Shown here one piece after another: positions 40,286 to 50,249 of a DNA stretch of 64,000 bases (position 1 is its first letter; each line of letters opens with the position of its first letter). Origin of the DNA: an uncultured Mycoplasmatota bacterium. Its GTDB lineage: Bacteria; Bacillota_I; Bacilli_A; RF39; UBA660. The stretch covers positions 4,554 through 68,553 of the forward strand of contig CANPJT010000001.1 of assembly GCA_947574255.1 (NCBI GenBank), read 5' to 3'. The position numbers were made by a program, and so were the translations under genes. The notes under the pieces are model-generated. The model searched no databases. It was not told the origin of the DNA and worked only from the letters and a program-made list of their open reading frames with translations.

Positions 40286-41209
40286 TTATTTTTTTTTATG
40301 ATGTTCAATCATTTTTTTTACTTTAATAAAATGATGATTTATTCCTGATTTACCAATATTATAAACAGTTTCTAAAGAGATTATTTCTGCAAGTTCACTA
40401 TAAGAAGATTCAGGATATTTAGAACGATACTCTAAGACAATTTTGGTTTTTTCATCTAATAAATCAATTAGATTATGATCTTTTAAATATTTTATAGCTT
40501 CTAGTTGCTTCATTCCAGTTGTAGTACTTTTTTCTTGATTAGCTATTTCACAATTATTTAAGCGATTAACCATATTCTTATGATCACGATAAATCCTTAT
40601 ATCTTCAAAATAAAATAGTGAATTTATAGCATTAAATAGTTTAATCACATCACTTATGTCTTCAGCACTTTTCATATACACCATATATCGATTATTTCTT
40701 TTTAAAATTTTAGAAGAGAATTTAATTTCTTTTAGAATTTTTTTTATAAACTCAGCATCTGTTTTGGTAGAAAAAACAAATTCTAAATGATAACCACTAG
40801 TACTTGGATCATTAACTGAGCCTGTAGTTAAAAAAGTTCCTTTTAAATACGCAACTTTTTCTTCTTTAGCTTCAAAGTAGTTTTCATTTACTTTTATTTT
40901 TCGATTATTATTATATATATATAAAGATTCTAAAATATAATTAACTTTTGTGTTAATTTCTAAAATATAAATTTGTTTTATACGAAATCTTTTTTGATTA
41001 CGAATTATTATTTTTATATTAATGCCAAAAATTTCTTTTAAATAAGAATATATTCGTCGAATTATTTTGGCATTTTCACTAGTTATGATAATTTTATCTT
41101 TGGTTATTTTAGCAGCATATCGAATTATGGCAGATAATTCTGCTCTTTTTTCTATTAAATTACTATCATATTCTGTAATTTCTTCTTTTAATCTACTAGA
41201 AAAAGTCAT
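40286..41209 (-). CDS. whiA: DNA-binding sporulation/cell-division regulator WhiA
   Basis: 307 aa. MTFSSRLKEEI N-terminus and a C-terminal HTH are typical of WhiA. Confidence 0.8.
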   Translation of the reverse strand: MTFSSRLKEEITEYDSNLIEKRAELSAIIRYAAKITKDKIIITSENAKIIRRIYSYLKEIFGINIKIIIRNQKRFRIKQIYILEINTKVNYILESLYIYNNNRKIKVNENYFEAKEEKVAYLKGTFLTTGSVNDPSTSGYHLEFVFSTKTDAEFIKKILKEIKFSSKILKRNNRYMVYMKSAEDISDVIKLFNAINSLFYFEDIRIYRDHKNMVNRLNNCEIANQEKSTTTGMKQLEAIKYLKDHNLIDLLDEKTKIVLEYRSKYPESSYSELAEIISLETVYNIGKSGINHHFIKVKKMIEHHKKK

Positions 41210-41224
41210 AATTTTTTCTCCGTT

Positions 41225-41797
41225 CTAATAATAATTATATCTTTTAATTTGTTTAGTTAATTTTTTCATTAAAATGTTTTGTAAAATTCTACTTGTTCCT
41301 GTTTTTATATCGTATTTTTTTTTAAATGGCTCTACTAAAATAGTATAAAGTCCATATTTATTTCCACCAACAATATCAGTTAACATTTGATCTCCAATCA
41401 TCACAGTATTTTTTTTAGTACTTTTTAACATTTTCAAAGATTTATCAAATGCTTCTTTTTGAGGTTTATTAGCATTAGATATAACTAATACTTTTAGTTT
41501 TTCTTTTATTGGATTAACCCTTTCTAGAGAATTATTAGATACAAGACATATATTAAATTCTTTTTTTAATTTATTTATAAATTCTTTTAGCTCATCTGTA
41601 ACATATGTATCATTTACTGGCATTATAGTATTATCTATATCAAATATTAAGTTAATATATCCGTTTTCTTTTAATTGTTTATAATTAATTTCAAAAATAT
41701 TTTTTTGATAAGAATTAGGTATTACAAGATTAATCGCATTTTTATCTTTAAATAAAACTTTAAAAAAAATATGTAACATTTCTTTGTTTTTAGCCAT
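41225..41797 (-). CDS. HAD-IIIA family phosphatase (YqeG-like)
   Basis: DIDNTI motif I and the GDQ.LTD motif. Confidence 0.55.
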   Translation of the reverse strand: MAKNKEMLHIFFKVLFKDKNAINLVIPNSYQKNIFEINYKQLKENGYINLIFDIDNTIMPVNDTYVTDELKEFINKLKKEFNICLVSNNSLERVNPIKEKLKVLVISNANKPQKEAFDKSLKMLKSTKKNTVMIGDQMLTDIVGGNKYGLYTILVEPFKKKYDIKTGTSRILQNILMKKLTKQIKRYNYY

Positions 41798-41865
41798 AAT
41801 ACACCTCTTTTATATTATATCTTTAAATTAATTTATGTCAAAATAAAAAAAGATTTTACTCTTTT

Positions 41866-43080
41866 TTATCCATAATAATCTGTACGTGATGAGAATGTGT
41901 AACCAGTTCTGTTTGGGAATCCTGGTGGAGTTATTACATTAGCTCGTTTTATTGTCCCTGTAAAATATCCTTTAGCAACTCCAAAATGTAGATGTGCTCC
42001 AGTCGTACAACTATCATATCCTCCATGACTGGAACTTGTAGAATATCCTCCTACTGTTCCTATAATAGTATTTTGATTAACTACGTCTCCAACTTTTACA
42101 TTTACTTTTAATAAGTGATAATAATAAGTAGTATATTTTTGACCTCCTACAATAACGTTTATGTAAACCATATTTCCACCACATTTATATCTTGGGATAA
42201 ATCCAGACACGGTTCCTGATGCTGCTGCATATATAGGTGTACCTTCAGGATTTCCACCAATATCTAAAGCATTATGATAGCTTCCCCATCTTGAGCCGAT
42301 TGTACTAGTTATTCTTCCTTTCTTTAGTGGTTTTAACCAGTTTCCATTATAAGCAACAACGTCTAATTCTGCGAGAGTTGCAGTATCTACTTCTTTTCCA
42401 AATTTTTGCTTGCTTAATCTAACATAATTGTTTACTTGATCCTGTTTGACTTTTATTTTAGAATCAATATCAAGTTCAAATTTATCATATGATTCTAAAT
42501 CTCCATGTAATTCTTGTATTTTTGCTTGATAGCTAGTAATTTTAGCCGATAAATCTTGTTGTTTCTTTTGTAAATCAACTTTTAATTGTTCATTTTCTTC
42601 TATTAGCTTTTCTAATTCTTCAAGCATATTTTGAGCTGATTCAGTAGTTTGTTCAATCATGTTAATTCGCATGATTAAATCAGTCATACTAGTAGCACCT
42701 GACATATATTCTACATATGCATTTTTACTTTTCATTTGTTGAGTAAACTCTAAAACTTTTTTAGTTTGTTCTGTGAGAGATTTTAATTTGGCATTAGAAT
42801 CCTCGATATTTGATTCTGCTGTTTCTATATCACTTTGAGCTTGGCTAATATCTGATTCTGCTGTTACAATAGCATTTTCTTTGGCCTTAATTTGATTTTG
42901 AGTGTTTTTTTGATTAGCTTCATTATCGGCTTTTTGTTTTTTTAATGCAGCTAATTCTTGCTTTAATTCTCCCAGTGTTTCCGCTTCTTTTGCTTTAACT
43001 GGTATAGGGCTTATAGTATAAGCAAAAGTAAGGGTTATAATCATTAATAGGCTAAAGCTTTTTTTCATTATTTTTTTCAT
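41866..43080 (-). CDS. Coiled-coil M23 peptidase (EnvC/PcsB-like FtsEX-associated murein hydrolase activator)
   Basis: Signal peptide, about 200 aa of coiled coil, and a C-terminal LytM/M23 domain (HxxxD..GAHLHFGV). Immediately downstream of ftsEX. Confidence 0.75.
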   Translation of the reverse strand: MKKIMKKSFSLLMIITLTFAYTISPIPVKAKEAETLGELKQELAALKKQKADNEANQKNTQNQIKAKENAIVTAESDISQAQSDIETAESNIEDSNAKLKSLTEQTKKVLEFTQQMKSKNAYVEYMSGATSMTDLIMRINMIEQTTESAQNMLEELEKLIEENEQLKVDLQKKQQDLSAKITSYQAKIQELHGDLESYDKFELDIDSKIKVKQDQVNNYVRLSKQKFGKEVDTATLAELDVVAYNGNWLKPLKKGRITSTIGSRWGSYHNALDIGGNPEGTPIYAAASGTVSGFIPRYKCGGNMVYINVIVGGQKYTTYYYHLLKVNVKVGDVVNQNTIIGTVGGYSTSSSHGGYDSCTTGAHLHFGVAKGYFTGTIKRANVITPPGFPNRTGYTFSSRTDYYG

Positions 43081-43081
43081 A

Positions 43082-43975
43082 TTATATTTTCAAATACTTT
43101 CTAACTGCCCTATAACTTCCAAACATTCCAATAACACAACCTATAACTACTAAAATCATTGAAACATAAAGAATAAAATTAAATGGTTTTACTAGCTGTA
43201 TAAATTGAGTAAAGATATGCCCATTAAAATGATCATATATAATTACATAACCATAAATAGTAACGATAATTGGAATTATGCTTCCTAAAAATCCTAATAT
43301 TAATCCTTCAAATATAAATGGAATTTTAATTGTAATATTACTAGCTCCGACTAAACGCATAATCTCGATTTCACTTCTCCTAGAAAATATAGTAAGCCTT
43401 ATTGTGTTACTTATTAAAAACGCTGTAACTAAAACTAAAGCAATAACGATAATTATGGTTACTTTTTCAATAACTTCAAATGCTGCAATAAGATTTTCCG
43501 CCATGCCCTCACCATAATCAGCACTAGAAACAAAGTCATTTTTCAAAATTTCGGTTGATGTTTCTTTTAAATGTTTAACGTCTTTCACATTAATTATAAA
43601 TGAATCTAACAATGGATTTTCATCTAAATATTCTAAAGTAGTATTTAGTGTTTCAGAAGAATTTTTCATTTCAAGCTTCCATTCATCTTTACTTTTAAAA
43701 GTATAAGAATCAATATTTTTCATTTTTTCTAATATATTTTTTAATTCATTTATTTGTTCTTCAGTAGTATCTTTTTTAACATAAGCAACAATTGTTAATT
43801 CATGTTCCAAATCTTTAGTAATATTTTTTACGTTGTAAGAAAGAATAAGAGAAATGGCTACTAATATTAATGTTATACTACTACAAGCAATTGCTGCTGT
43901 TGATAAGCTAAAATTACGAAGAACACTTTTAAAAGAATCACGAATTCCTCGGCCAAATAATCTAATTATTTTCAT
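43082..43975 (-). CDS. ftsX: Cell-division ABC transporter permease FtsX
   Basis: 4-TM FtsX topology. Overlaps ftsE. Confidence 0.8.
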   Translation of the reverse strand: MKIIRLFGRGIRDSFKSVLRNFSLSTAAIACSSITLILVAISLILSYNVKNITKDLEHELTIVAYVKKDTTEEQINELKNILEKMKNIDSYTFKSKDEWKLEMKNSSETLNTTLEYLDENPLLDSFIINVKDVKHLKETSTEILKNDFVSSADYGEGMAENLIAAFEVIEKVTIIIVIALVLVTAFLISNTIRLTIFSRRSEIEIMRLVGASNITIKIPFIFEGLILGFLGSIIPIIVTIYGYVIIYDHFNGHIFTQFIQLVKPFNFILYVSMILVVIGCVIGMFGSYRAVRKYLKI

Positions 43976-44663
43976 GGTCTTTATAACTTCCTTTCAGGCT
44001 ATCATCAGCTAATACTCCATTTTCTATTAATATAACTCTTTTCTTCATTTTATTAACGATTTCTTTATCATGAGTAGCCATAATAATTGTTGTTTCAGAT
44101 GTTTGATTTATTTTATCCAAAATATTAACAATTTCTTTAGATATAATTGGATCTAAGTTTCCAGTTGGTTCATCACATATTAAAAGTTTAGGTTCATTTA
44201 CTATTGCTCTTGCAATACACACTCTTTGTTGCTCTCCACCAGATAATTGATTAGGAAAACTTCTTATCTTTTCTTTTAGCCCAACACTTTCTAGTGCTTT
44301 TAATACTTTTGGTCTAATATCTTTGCTATTCATTCCAATTGATTCAAGGGCAAAAGCAACATTTTCGTATACAGTAAGTTTAGGTAAGAGTTTAAAATCT
44401 TGAAAAACTATTCCCAATTTTCGACGTAGTTTATACACTTTAGAGTTTCTTAATTTAGCAACATTTATTCCCCCAACTATTACACTACCTTTGGTAGGTT
44501 TTTCTTCTCGATATAACATTTTAATTAAAGTAGATTTTCCACTTCCACTGGCACCTATAAGAAAAACAAATTCACCTTTTTTTATAGAAAGATTTAAATC
44601 TGCTACTGCTGTTACTCCATTATTATAAATCTTATAACAATTTTTTACTTCTATCAAATTCAT
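43962..44663 (-). CDS. ftsE: Cell-division ABC transporter ATPase FtsE
   Basis: Walker A GASGSGKST, LSGGEQQR signature and Walker B. Confidence 0.85.
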   Translation of the reverse strand: MNLIEVKNCYKIYNNGVTAVADLNLSIKKGEFVFLIGASGSGKSTLIKMLYREEKPTKGSVIVGGINVAKLRNSKVYKLRRKLGIVFQDFKLLPKLTVYENVAFALESIGMNSKDIRPKVLKALESVGLKEKIRSFPNQLSGGEQQRVCIARAIVNEPKLLICDEPTGNLDPIISKEIVNILDKINQTSETTIIMATHDKEIVNKMKKRVILIENGVLADDSLKGSYKDHENN

Positions 44664-44858
44664 TACTACACCTCAGTACTATATTCATTATAACATATTA
44701 ATTAACCATATATAAATGGTAAATTTAAACAAAAAAGACCACTATTGATCTTTAGATTACTCTATTTTTATTACTTTATTAGCATATAATTCTTATTTTT
44801 CACACAATAAATTTATTTATTTTTATTATAATTGATATATATCATAAAAGTAAATAAA

Positions 44859-45770
44859 TTAAATTATTCTTTTACGTCCTTTGACACCACCTGCGACTTC
44901 ATAACAATCATTAATTACAAAAAATGCTTTATCATCAATTGCTAGTACAGTTTCTTTAAATAAATAATAGTCTTTTGTAGGAACTACACACATTATAACT
45001 TGATTTTTTTCTTTAGAAAATCCTCCTTGAGCATTTAAAATTGTGACTCCTGTTTTTAAATCTTTAATTATAAATTCTTTTACTTCATCTATTTTTTTTG
45101 TATAAATAAAGAATAATTTGCTACTTGAAATACCTATTAAAATACGATCAATTAATTGAGAATTTAAGTATAAAATAATTAAAGAATATATAAATTTATT
45201 GGCTCCAAAAATAATGAAACCAAATATCATTATGATTATATTAACTACAAATATGGATTTTCCTTCAGGAATTTTTGCATATTTATTTATTATTTTCATT
45301 AAAATATCGCTTCCACCAGTAGTAAATCCAGTTTTATATATAATTCCATTAGCTATTCCACAAATAATTCCTGCAATTAAAACAATTATTACCATACTAT
45401 CAAATTCTAAATAATTTGATAAAAGTTTAGCTATAGGTGAAGTAAGAGAGACAAAAACTGGATACAAAATAGAACCAATAATATTTTTCTCTGTTTCTTC
45501 TTTTCCTAAAAATATAAAAGATAGAATAATTAATATCAAACTTGATATATATATAAATAAAGTTGGGGATAAGCTAAATACTTTTTTTAAAATAATGGCG
45601 ATTCCACTTGTACCACCTATAACAAAATTGTTAGGAACTAAAAATAAATTATAATTTAAAGCAAGAAGAGCAATTCCAAAAATTAAAGAAATTGTGCGTG
45701 TATAAAAATTCTTTTCTGTTACTTTTTTAGTTATTTTTTTTAAATCTATATTTATATCCATAATTATCAT
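44859..45770 (-). CDS. YitT-family membrane protein (DUF161/DUF2179)
   Basis: Multi-TM with a C-terminal DUF2179-like domain. Confidence 0.65.
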   Translation of the reverse strand: MIIMDINIDLKKITKKVTEKNFYTRTISLIFGIALLALNYNLFLVPNNFVIGGTSGIAIILKKVFSLSPTLFIYISSLILIILSFIFLGKEETEKNIIGSILYPVFVSLTSPIAKLLSNYLEFDSMVIIVLIAGIICGIANGIIYKTGFTTGGSDILMKIINKYAKIPEGKSIFVVNIIIMIFGFIIFGANKFIYSLIILYLNSQLIDRILIGISSSKLFFIYTKKIDEVKEFIIKDLKTGVTILNAQGGFSKEKNQVIMCVVPTKDYYLFKETVLAIDDKAFFVINDCYEVAGGVKGRKRII

Positions 45771-45847
45771 CCTTACTATTAAAATTATACTAAAAAAATA
45801 ATTATTTTTAAATGATTATCATATTATTTAAAGAGAGGTGATTTAAA

Positions 45848-46222
45848 ATGAATGGAAGTTTCTATCAGAATCCAACTTTTCCTGGAGCAAATGATGATAT
45901 GCCCTTTAATACATCAAATTTAACTAGTCCTCCAGGAAACATAAGTTATGATCCTTATAGTGATGGAGAACAAAGCTATATTGAAAATATTTTACGTTTA
46001 AATAAAGGAAAAAAAGTACGTGCGTATGTTTCTTATCCTGACTCTATTGAATGGAAAGATAAGATATACGATGGAATTATTGAAGAAGCTGGAAGAGATC
46101 ATTTAATTCTTAGTGATCCAGCAACAGGAAAATGGTTCTTAATTCGTCTAATTTATTTAAATTATGTTGAATTTGATACTAGAATTAATTATAGTCATGC
46201 ATATTCAGAAAAAACTTTTTAA
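45848..46222 (+). CDS. Spore coat protein GerQ-like
   Basis: SYIENILRLNKGKKVRAYVSY...GRDHLILSD...GKWFLIRLIYLNYVEF matches the conserved GerQ core. Confidence 0.55.
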   Translation: MNGSFYQNPTFPGANDDMPFNTSNLTSPPGNISYDPYSDGEQSYIENILRLNKGKKVRAYVSYPDSIEWKDKIYDGIIEEAGRDHLILSDPATGKWFLIRLIYLNYVEFDTRINYSHAYSEKTF

Positions 46223-46236
46223 ATCTAAAAGTTTTT

Positions 46237-46743
46237 TTATATGTAATATTTAAAATAATTTTTTTCAATTCCTAAAATACTTTTTTCTCCATGACCAGGA
46301 TAAATAACAATATCATTTGGATATTTTGAAATAAGTTCTAAACTATTTTTCATATCATTTATATTTCCTCCTGGTAAATCCATTCTACCAACGGTTCCCT
46401 TAAATAGAAAATCTCCAGTAAACATAATTTTTTCTTTAGGAAAATAAAAAGTTAAAGAATCTTTAGTATGACCAGGAGTTGAAATTATTTCATAATCAAA
46501 AAAATCTATTTCACTATTATGTTTTAAATTATATTTTTTTTCAAAATAAGATAGTGCTCCTATATGATCAAAATGGTCATGAGTTAATAAAATGCCAACA
46601 ATGTTTAAATCATTTATTTTATCTTCAATTTTTTCATATTCATCTCCTGGATCAATTAATATGGCATTATTATTTTTTTCTATAAGATAACAATTTTCTG
46701 CTAATTCTCCTACTACTATTTTATTTATGGTAATTTGATTCAT
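46237..46743 (-). CDS. MBL-fold metallo-hydrolase (small, glyoxalase II-like)
   Basis: THDHFDHIG motif. Confidence 0.7.
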   Translation of the reverse strand: MNQITINKIVVGELAENCYLIEKNNNAILIDPGDEYEKIEDKINDLNIVGILLTHDHFDHIGALSYFEKKYNLKHNSEIDFFDYEIISTPGHTKDSLTFYFPKEKIMFTGDFLFKGTVGRMDLPGGNINDMKNSLELISKYPNDIVIYPGHGEKSILGIEKNYFKYYI

Positions 46744-47242
46744 TATTTTCCTCCCATTTTTTTAAGTTTTCGGCTTGGTTATATATTTCATAATATAATG
46801 ATTCCGCATCTGTTAATTTTCTTCCATTAATTTTATCTTCATATTTCATTTGTTTTAAGTCACCTTTGTAGGCTAGTGTTTGATTTGGAATAGCACAACT
46901 TGTTATAGATTCATAATCTGTAAAAAATTCTGTTTTTTTGAATTCTAAGATTGCTAATTGTATTTTTGTAATTTGTTTAGGAAGTATAACTATTCCAGAT
47001 TGTTTATTATTATTTATACCGTAGTTTAATATCACAATATGACCATATTTAGCGATTATTTTCATCATTTCCAATTCGTTATTACTCATTTCAATAATAT
47101 TTAAATCTCTAGCTATTTTTTGAAGTTCTGTTATATGGCGTTTACCTATTTCATTTTTTATTTCAATAATCAAATCTTGATACTTTTCATCATTATTATC
47201 TAGTTCTTTAGCAAGTATTATTGTTAACATATTGTTTTTCAT
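46721..47242 (-). CDS. Hypothetical protein
   Basis: ORF only. Overlaps the downstream gene by 23 nt. Confidence 0.4.
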   Translation of the reverse strand: MKNNMLTIILAKELDNNDEKYQDLIIEIKNEIGKRHITELQKIARDLNIIEMSNNELEMMKIIAKYGHIVILNYGINNNKQSGIVILPKQITKIQLAILEFKKTEFFTDYESITSCAIPNQTLAYKGDLKQMKYEDKINGRKLTDAESLYYEIYNQAENLKKWEENNESNYHK

Positions 47243-47333
47243 TTATTTATCACCTTATTTTTAGTATAACATATTTTATTTTAAAAATTTTACTAATACG
47301 TGTTATAATTAGATTAAGAATGGTGGTTGTTGT

Positions 47334-47879
47334 ATGAGTTTTTTATATATTTTACTAGTTCTTATTATTATAACTGGCGTGCTAGCAATTATTTATATAA
47401 TCTATTATAATAAAATGCAATTTTTAAAAACAAAAATTGAACAATCAGAAGGTATTATTGATGAAACACTCAGAGAAAGATATGATATTTTAGTTAGAGC
47501 TAGTAATATTGTTAAAAGTGTATTAAAAGATGAAAGAGATTATTTTAAAGAAAATATTAATATTAAAAATAAGCAAGTTACAAATTTTGAAATGGATCGA
47601 AGTTTGAAAGAAGCATTTAATATTTTAAATAAATTAATTGATGATTATCAAGAACTACAAAAAAATAAAGAGTTAAAAAAAATTTTAATAAGTATTAAGG
47701 CATCTAATGAAAAAATTGTTGCAACAACTAATTATTTTAATAAAAATACAAATGAATTAAATAGTTTTATAAGAAAGTTTCCTTCTAATTTAGTTGGAAA
47801 AATTCATAAATTTAAAATTAGTCCTTTCTTTGATGGTAAAGATATGACTGATGATATTTATAACGACTTTAAATTATAA
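47334..47879 (+). CDS. LemA family protein
   Basis: N-terminal TM plus a LemA-type helical domain (RERYDIL...). Confidence 0.75.
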   Translation: MSFLYILLVLIIITGVLAIIYIIYYNKMQFLKTKIEQSEGIIDETLRERYDILVRASNIVKSVLKDERDYFKENINIKNKQVTNFEMDRSLKEAFNILNKLIDDYQELQKNKELKKILISIKASNEKIVATTNYFNKNTNELNSFIRKFPSNLVGKIHKFKISPFFDGKDMTDDIYNDFKL

Positions 47880-47890
47880 ATTTTAGGAGG

Positions 47891-48325
47891 GTGGTTTTTA
47901 TGAAAGTTTCGTTAGGAATTTTAATAATTTTATTGGGAGTAAGTTTAATGGGAATTGTGACTAAAAGTAAATTTTTCCAAAGTTTATTTTTCGGTTGCAT
48001 AGGAGGATTAATTACTTTCTTTATAGGGTTTTCAAATAACTCTATTTTTATCAGTATACTTTTATGTGATTTAATAGCTTTTACTTCTTTATATTTTATG
48101 AAAAAGAATTTTTGGATTTTTCAAACTAGTTTTTCTATTAGTTTTATATTAACTATTTCAATTTTTTTAATATTATTAGGTTGTTGTGAATTTTCTTATG
48201 AAAAAGGATTAACAATATTTAAATGGATTAACGAAATTCATCCAGTATTTGTATTTTCTATAATGATGATTATAAGTATGGTTTTAGAAACACCAGTATT
48301 TAAAATAGTTAATCCCAAAAAATAA
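47891..48325 (+). CDS. Small polytopic membrane protein
   Basis: 4 TM. Co-oriented with LemA and separated from it by 11 nt. Confidence 0.45.
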   Translation: MVFMKVSLGILIILLGVSLMGIVTKSKFFQSLFFGCIGGLITFFIGFSNNSIFISILLCDLIAFTSLYFMKKNFWIFQTSFSISFILTISIFLILLGCCEFSYEKGLTIFKWINEIHPVFVFSIMMIISMVLETPVFKIVNPKK

Positions 48326-48357
48326 CACCAAAAAAGTTTTTGATGTTATTTTTTTTT
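48324..48357 (+). terminator. Intrinsic terminator (possibly bidirectional) between the LemA operon and ung
   Basis: AACACCAAAAA-ag-TTTTTGATGTT stem (10 of 11 bp) followed by T9. Confidence 0.45.
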
Positions 48358-48377
48358 GATTCATGAAGAAAATATTT

Positions 48378-49073
48378 TTATTTTAAATCCCAATTAATTG
48401 GATCGATATTATTATTTATTAAGAAATTATTAGTTTTTGAAAATGGTTTACTTCCAAAAAATCCATTGTTAGCTGAGAATGGGCTTGGATGTGTTGAAGT
48501 TATTATTAAGTGTTTAGGATTTGTTATTAATCCTTTTTTTTCTTTGGCAAAATTTCCCCATAATATAAAGACTACTGGTTCTTCCTTTAGATTTAGAGTT
48601 TTAATAATATAATCAGTTAAACGCTCCCAACCTAAATTTCTGTGAGATGCTGCTTTATCTTTTTCAACTGTTAAAACAGCATTTAAAAGTAATACTCCTT
48701 GTTTAGCCCAATTAGTTAAATCACCTTCGGTTGCTGGAGTTATACCTAAATCCATTTCTAATTCTTTGTAAATATTTTTTAAAGAAGGGGGTATTTTTAC
48801 ACCTTTTTGAACTGAGAAAGATAGACCATGTGCTTCTCCCACTCCATGATATGGATCTTGACCTACTATTACCACTTTAACATTTTTGTATGGAGTTAGT
48901 TTTAAAGCATTAAAAATATTTTCTTTAGAAGGAAAAATTATTTTTTTATTATACTCTTCATCTATAATATTATAAAATTTTTTAAATCCAGGGCTTTGAA
49001 AAATAATTTTCAAAATCTCATCCCAGTCATTATTTATCATTTTTACTGCCTCCTTATTTATGATAATTTTCAT
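48378..49073 (-). CDS. ung: Uracil-DNA glycosylase
   Basis: VIVGQDPYHG and HPSPFSA motifs. Confidence 0.9.
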   Translation of the reverse strand: MKIIINKEAVKMINNDWDEILKIIFQSPGFKKFYNIIDEEYNKKIIFPSKENIFNALKLTPYKNVKVVIVGQDPYHGVGEAHGLSFSVQKGVKIPPSLKNIYKELEMDLGITPATEGDLTNWAKQGVLLLNAVLTVEKDKAASHRNLGWERLTDYIIKTLNLKEEPVVFILWGNFAKEKKGLITNPKHLIITSTHPSPFSANNGFFGSKPFSKTNNFLINNNIDPINWDLK

Positions 49074-49527
49074 TATTATTTATCTTAAAAGCTCGATATA
49101 TTTGCTCTAATAATATTCCTCGAAATAAACCATGTGGAAAAGTCATTTTGGAAAAAGACAATTTATAATTGCTTAAAGCTTTTATTTGGTCTGATAATCC
49201 AAAGGAACTTCCAATGATAAAAGTAATATTACTATTCGCTATAAATATGTTGTCAATTAGTTTAGCCATTTCATCACTAGTTATTTTTTTACCTTCAATT
49301 TCTAAAGTTATTATAAAATCCTTAAGATTCAGATGTTTTAAAATACTTTCTTCTTCTTTTTTTAAATTATTTTCATCTTTTAATTCAATTATTTCTATTT
49401 TATGAAATCTATTAATTCTTTTTAAATAATCATTTATTAATTCTGTTAAATAATTTTCTTTAATCTTTCCTAAGCATATTATTTTAATCATCCTATTACC
49501 TCTGTTATTTCTGATTGCTTTGCACAA
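49054..49527 (-). CDS. rlmH: 23S rRNA (pseudouridine1915-N3)-methyltransferase RlmH
   Basis: SPOUT fold, 157 aa. Confidence 0.85.
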   Translation of the reverse strand: MCKAIRNNRGNRMIKIICLGKIKENYLTELINDYLKRINRFHKIEIIELKDENNLKKEEESILKHLNLKDFIITLEIEGKKITSDEMAKLIDNIFIANSNITFIIGSSFGLSDQIKALSNYKLSFSKMTFPHGLFRGILLEQIYRAFKINNNENYHK

Positions 49528-50249
49528 ATAATATCATCAAAATATATTTCATATTCTTTAAATGTTTCATGAATCATATCTAAAGCTTTTTCTTCAGTAT
49601 TATTTATATGACTTAAATGCATAAGAACAATTTTTTTGGTGTTTTCTCCAATTAATTTGCTTAAATAAAATGATGAATCTTTATTTGATAAATGCCCATA
49701 ACTACCAACTACACGAGTTTTTAGCCATTTAGGATATGGACCATTAAGAAGCATTTCAATGTCATGATTGCTTTCAAATAAATACACATTTCGATTTCTT
49801 AATAATTCAAAATATTTACGATTTATATAACCTGTATCGGTAACATATACTACTGAATTATTTTTATTTTCTAAAATGAAATTTCTAGCATCAGGAGAAT
49901 CATGGGATGATTTTATAGTTTTAATTATTAAATCGTTTAAATATATATCATCATTATAAATGATAATATTTTCATATTCTTTTATATCATCTAATTCATA
50001 AAACATTTTTTGACTTAATAGTATTGTTGTTTTGTAACGTTTTATAAAAGTTTTTAATGCACTTGTATGATCTTTATGGGTATGACTGATTAAAATATAG
50101 TTTATTTCAGAAGGATCTACATTAATAATTTCTAATTGATTTTTTAAGTATTTTGTATTTTTTCCTAAATCTATTAAAAGCTTTACTTTATCTGTTTCAA
50201 TATATGTAGAATTACCTTCTGAACCGCTTGCTAAAACTACAACTCGCAT
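49488..50249 (-). CDS. MBL-fold hydrolase WalJ/YycJ-like
   Basis: HTHKDH motif. Lies in the walJ-like position relative to dnaB. Confidence 0.7.
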   Translation of the reverse strand: MRVVVLASGSEGNSTYIETDKVKLLIDLGKNTKYLKNQLEIINVDPSEINYILISHTHKDHTSALKTFIKRYKTTILLSQKMFYELDDIKEYENIIIYNDDIYLNDLIIKTIKSSHDSPDARNFILENKNNSVVYVTDTGYINRKYFELLRNRNVYLFESNHDIEMLLNGPYPKWLKTRVVGSYGHLSNKDSSFYLSKLIGENTKKIVLMHLSHINNTEEKALDMIHETFKEYEIYFDDIICAKQSEITEVIG

